NCBI GenBank assembly: GCA_965219415.1
Contig: CBDCNP010000002.1
Span: 4,544,001 to 4,608,000, forward strand
Source: Candidatus Marinacidobacterales bacterium
GTDB taxonomy: Bacteria > Acidobacteriota > Vicinamibacteria > Marinacidobacterales > DATDRI01
Direction of reading: 5' to 3'
Length of the DNA stretch: 64,000 bases
Each line of letters begins with the position of its first letter. Position 1 is the first letter of the stretch. Below are positions 63,402 through 64,000 of this stretch, one piece after another. The translations under genes and the position numbers were made by a program. A model generated the notes under the pieces. That model saw nothing but the letters and a program-made list of their open reading frames with translations. It ran no database searches and was not told the DNA's origin.

Positions 63402-63659
63402 TCATAGGAAATTTACCGTGGCCGCGTGAGCAAAAAACACTGAGTTTATGTTCGCCATCCATCCGGTGACCGCCTGCATGACGGTGTAGGCCACCAGAAA
63501 GCTGGAGAGGTTCCGCGCGTAGCCGAAGTTGGAGATACCTAGCTCGTCCCGCAACGTCGGCGCGACGACCGCAAGGGTCTGCCGATCGACGTAGCTGACG
63601 GCGGTGGCCAGGAAAAGAAGGGCTACGATCCACCAGCGCATGTTGGGGATTCTTCGCAC
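63402..63659 (-). pseudogene. MFS transporter (ExuT-like) N-terminal fragment
   Basis: RWWIVALLFLATAVSYVDRQTLAV. Confidence 0.75.
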
Positions 63660-63675
63660 CAGGGCCGCGAGTCGG

Positions 63676-64000
63676 TTATGGAGCCTGAATCATCTTCAGC
63701 ACGGCGCGAAAGAGCTCGCTGTCTTCATCGCCTAGGGATAGTGCCGTCTGGGCGTGATCCTCGCCCTCTAGAACGAGGAACTCCGCCTCCACGCCCTTGG
63801 CCTTCAACTTGTCGGCGAACTCCCGAGATGCGTCTACGTACGCTTCCACGGAGCCGACGGCCACTACCGCTCGGGGCGGCGGGTTGTCCGGATCGGGGAC
63901 CTCCCCCGCCCGGCGAACGACGCGCGCCGTCGCTATCTCCGCCTCCGTCTCTGCATCTTCGCTGTCGTAGGGAGCGCTGACCGGTGCGACGCCCTTGAGC
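63676..64000 (-). CDS. Alpha/beta hydrolase C-terminal part (runs off the window)
   Basis: VAVGSVE..SREFADKLKAKG..LEGEDH. Confidence 0.5.
   Translation of the reverse strand, partial: LKGVAPVSAPYDSEDAETEAEIATARVVRRAGEVPDPDNPPPRAVVAVGSVEAYVDASREFADKLKAKGVEAEFLVLEGEDHAQTALSLGDEDSELFRAVLKMIQAP

Overview
A 64-kb accessory patchwork with no rRNA, tRNA or intact CRISPR array. About 25-30 gene-sized cargo segments alternate with short linkers built from stacked, truncated insertion-sequence termini. Most cargo is defence-like: Schlafen/AlbA_2, a Dam plus PD-(D/E)XK operon, a NucS-like nuclease, HEPN-Toprim, AbiU2-like HEPN, a DUF5677 pair, a calcineurin-like phosphoesterase plus HSP90-like ATPase, a PLD-SNF2 helicase plus N6-MTase, a TerB_N fragment, a retron RT fragment, a Fic/Doc fusion, HigBA remnants, two cas2 remnants and one orphan type I-E repeat. 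The rest is housekeeping-type: NRAMP, aquaporin, penicillin acylase, HU and an HtpG fragment. Mobile elements include nine copies of a 1285-bp rve (IS481-like) IS, two intact IS3, one IS256, one IS1-family element with a related 166-bp MITE, and many end-stubs of related rve ISs. An IS110/IS1111 element has a downstream non-coding region with guide segments matching both its target (the IS1 right terminal repeat) and its own circle junction, i.e. a readable bridge/seek RNA. All protein calls come from motif recognition by eye, not database searches. The HU sequence looks Acidobacteria-like (weak inference).
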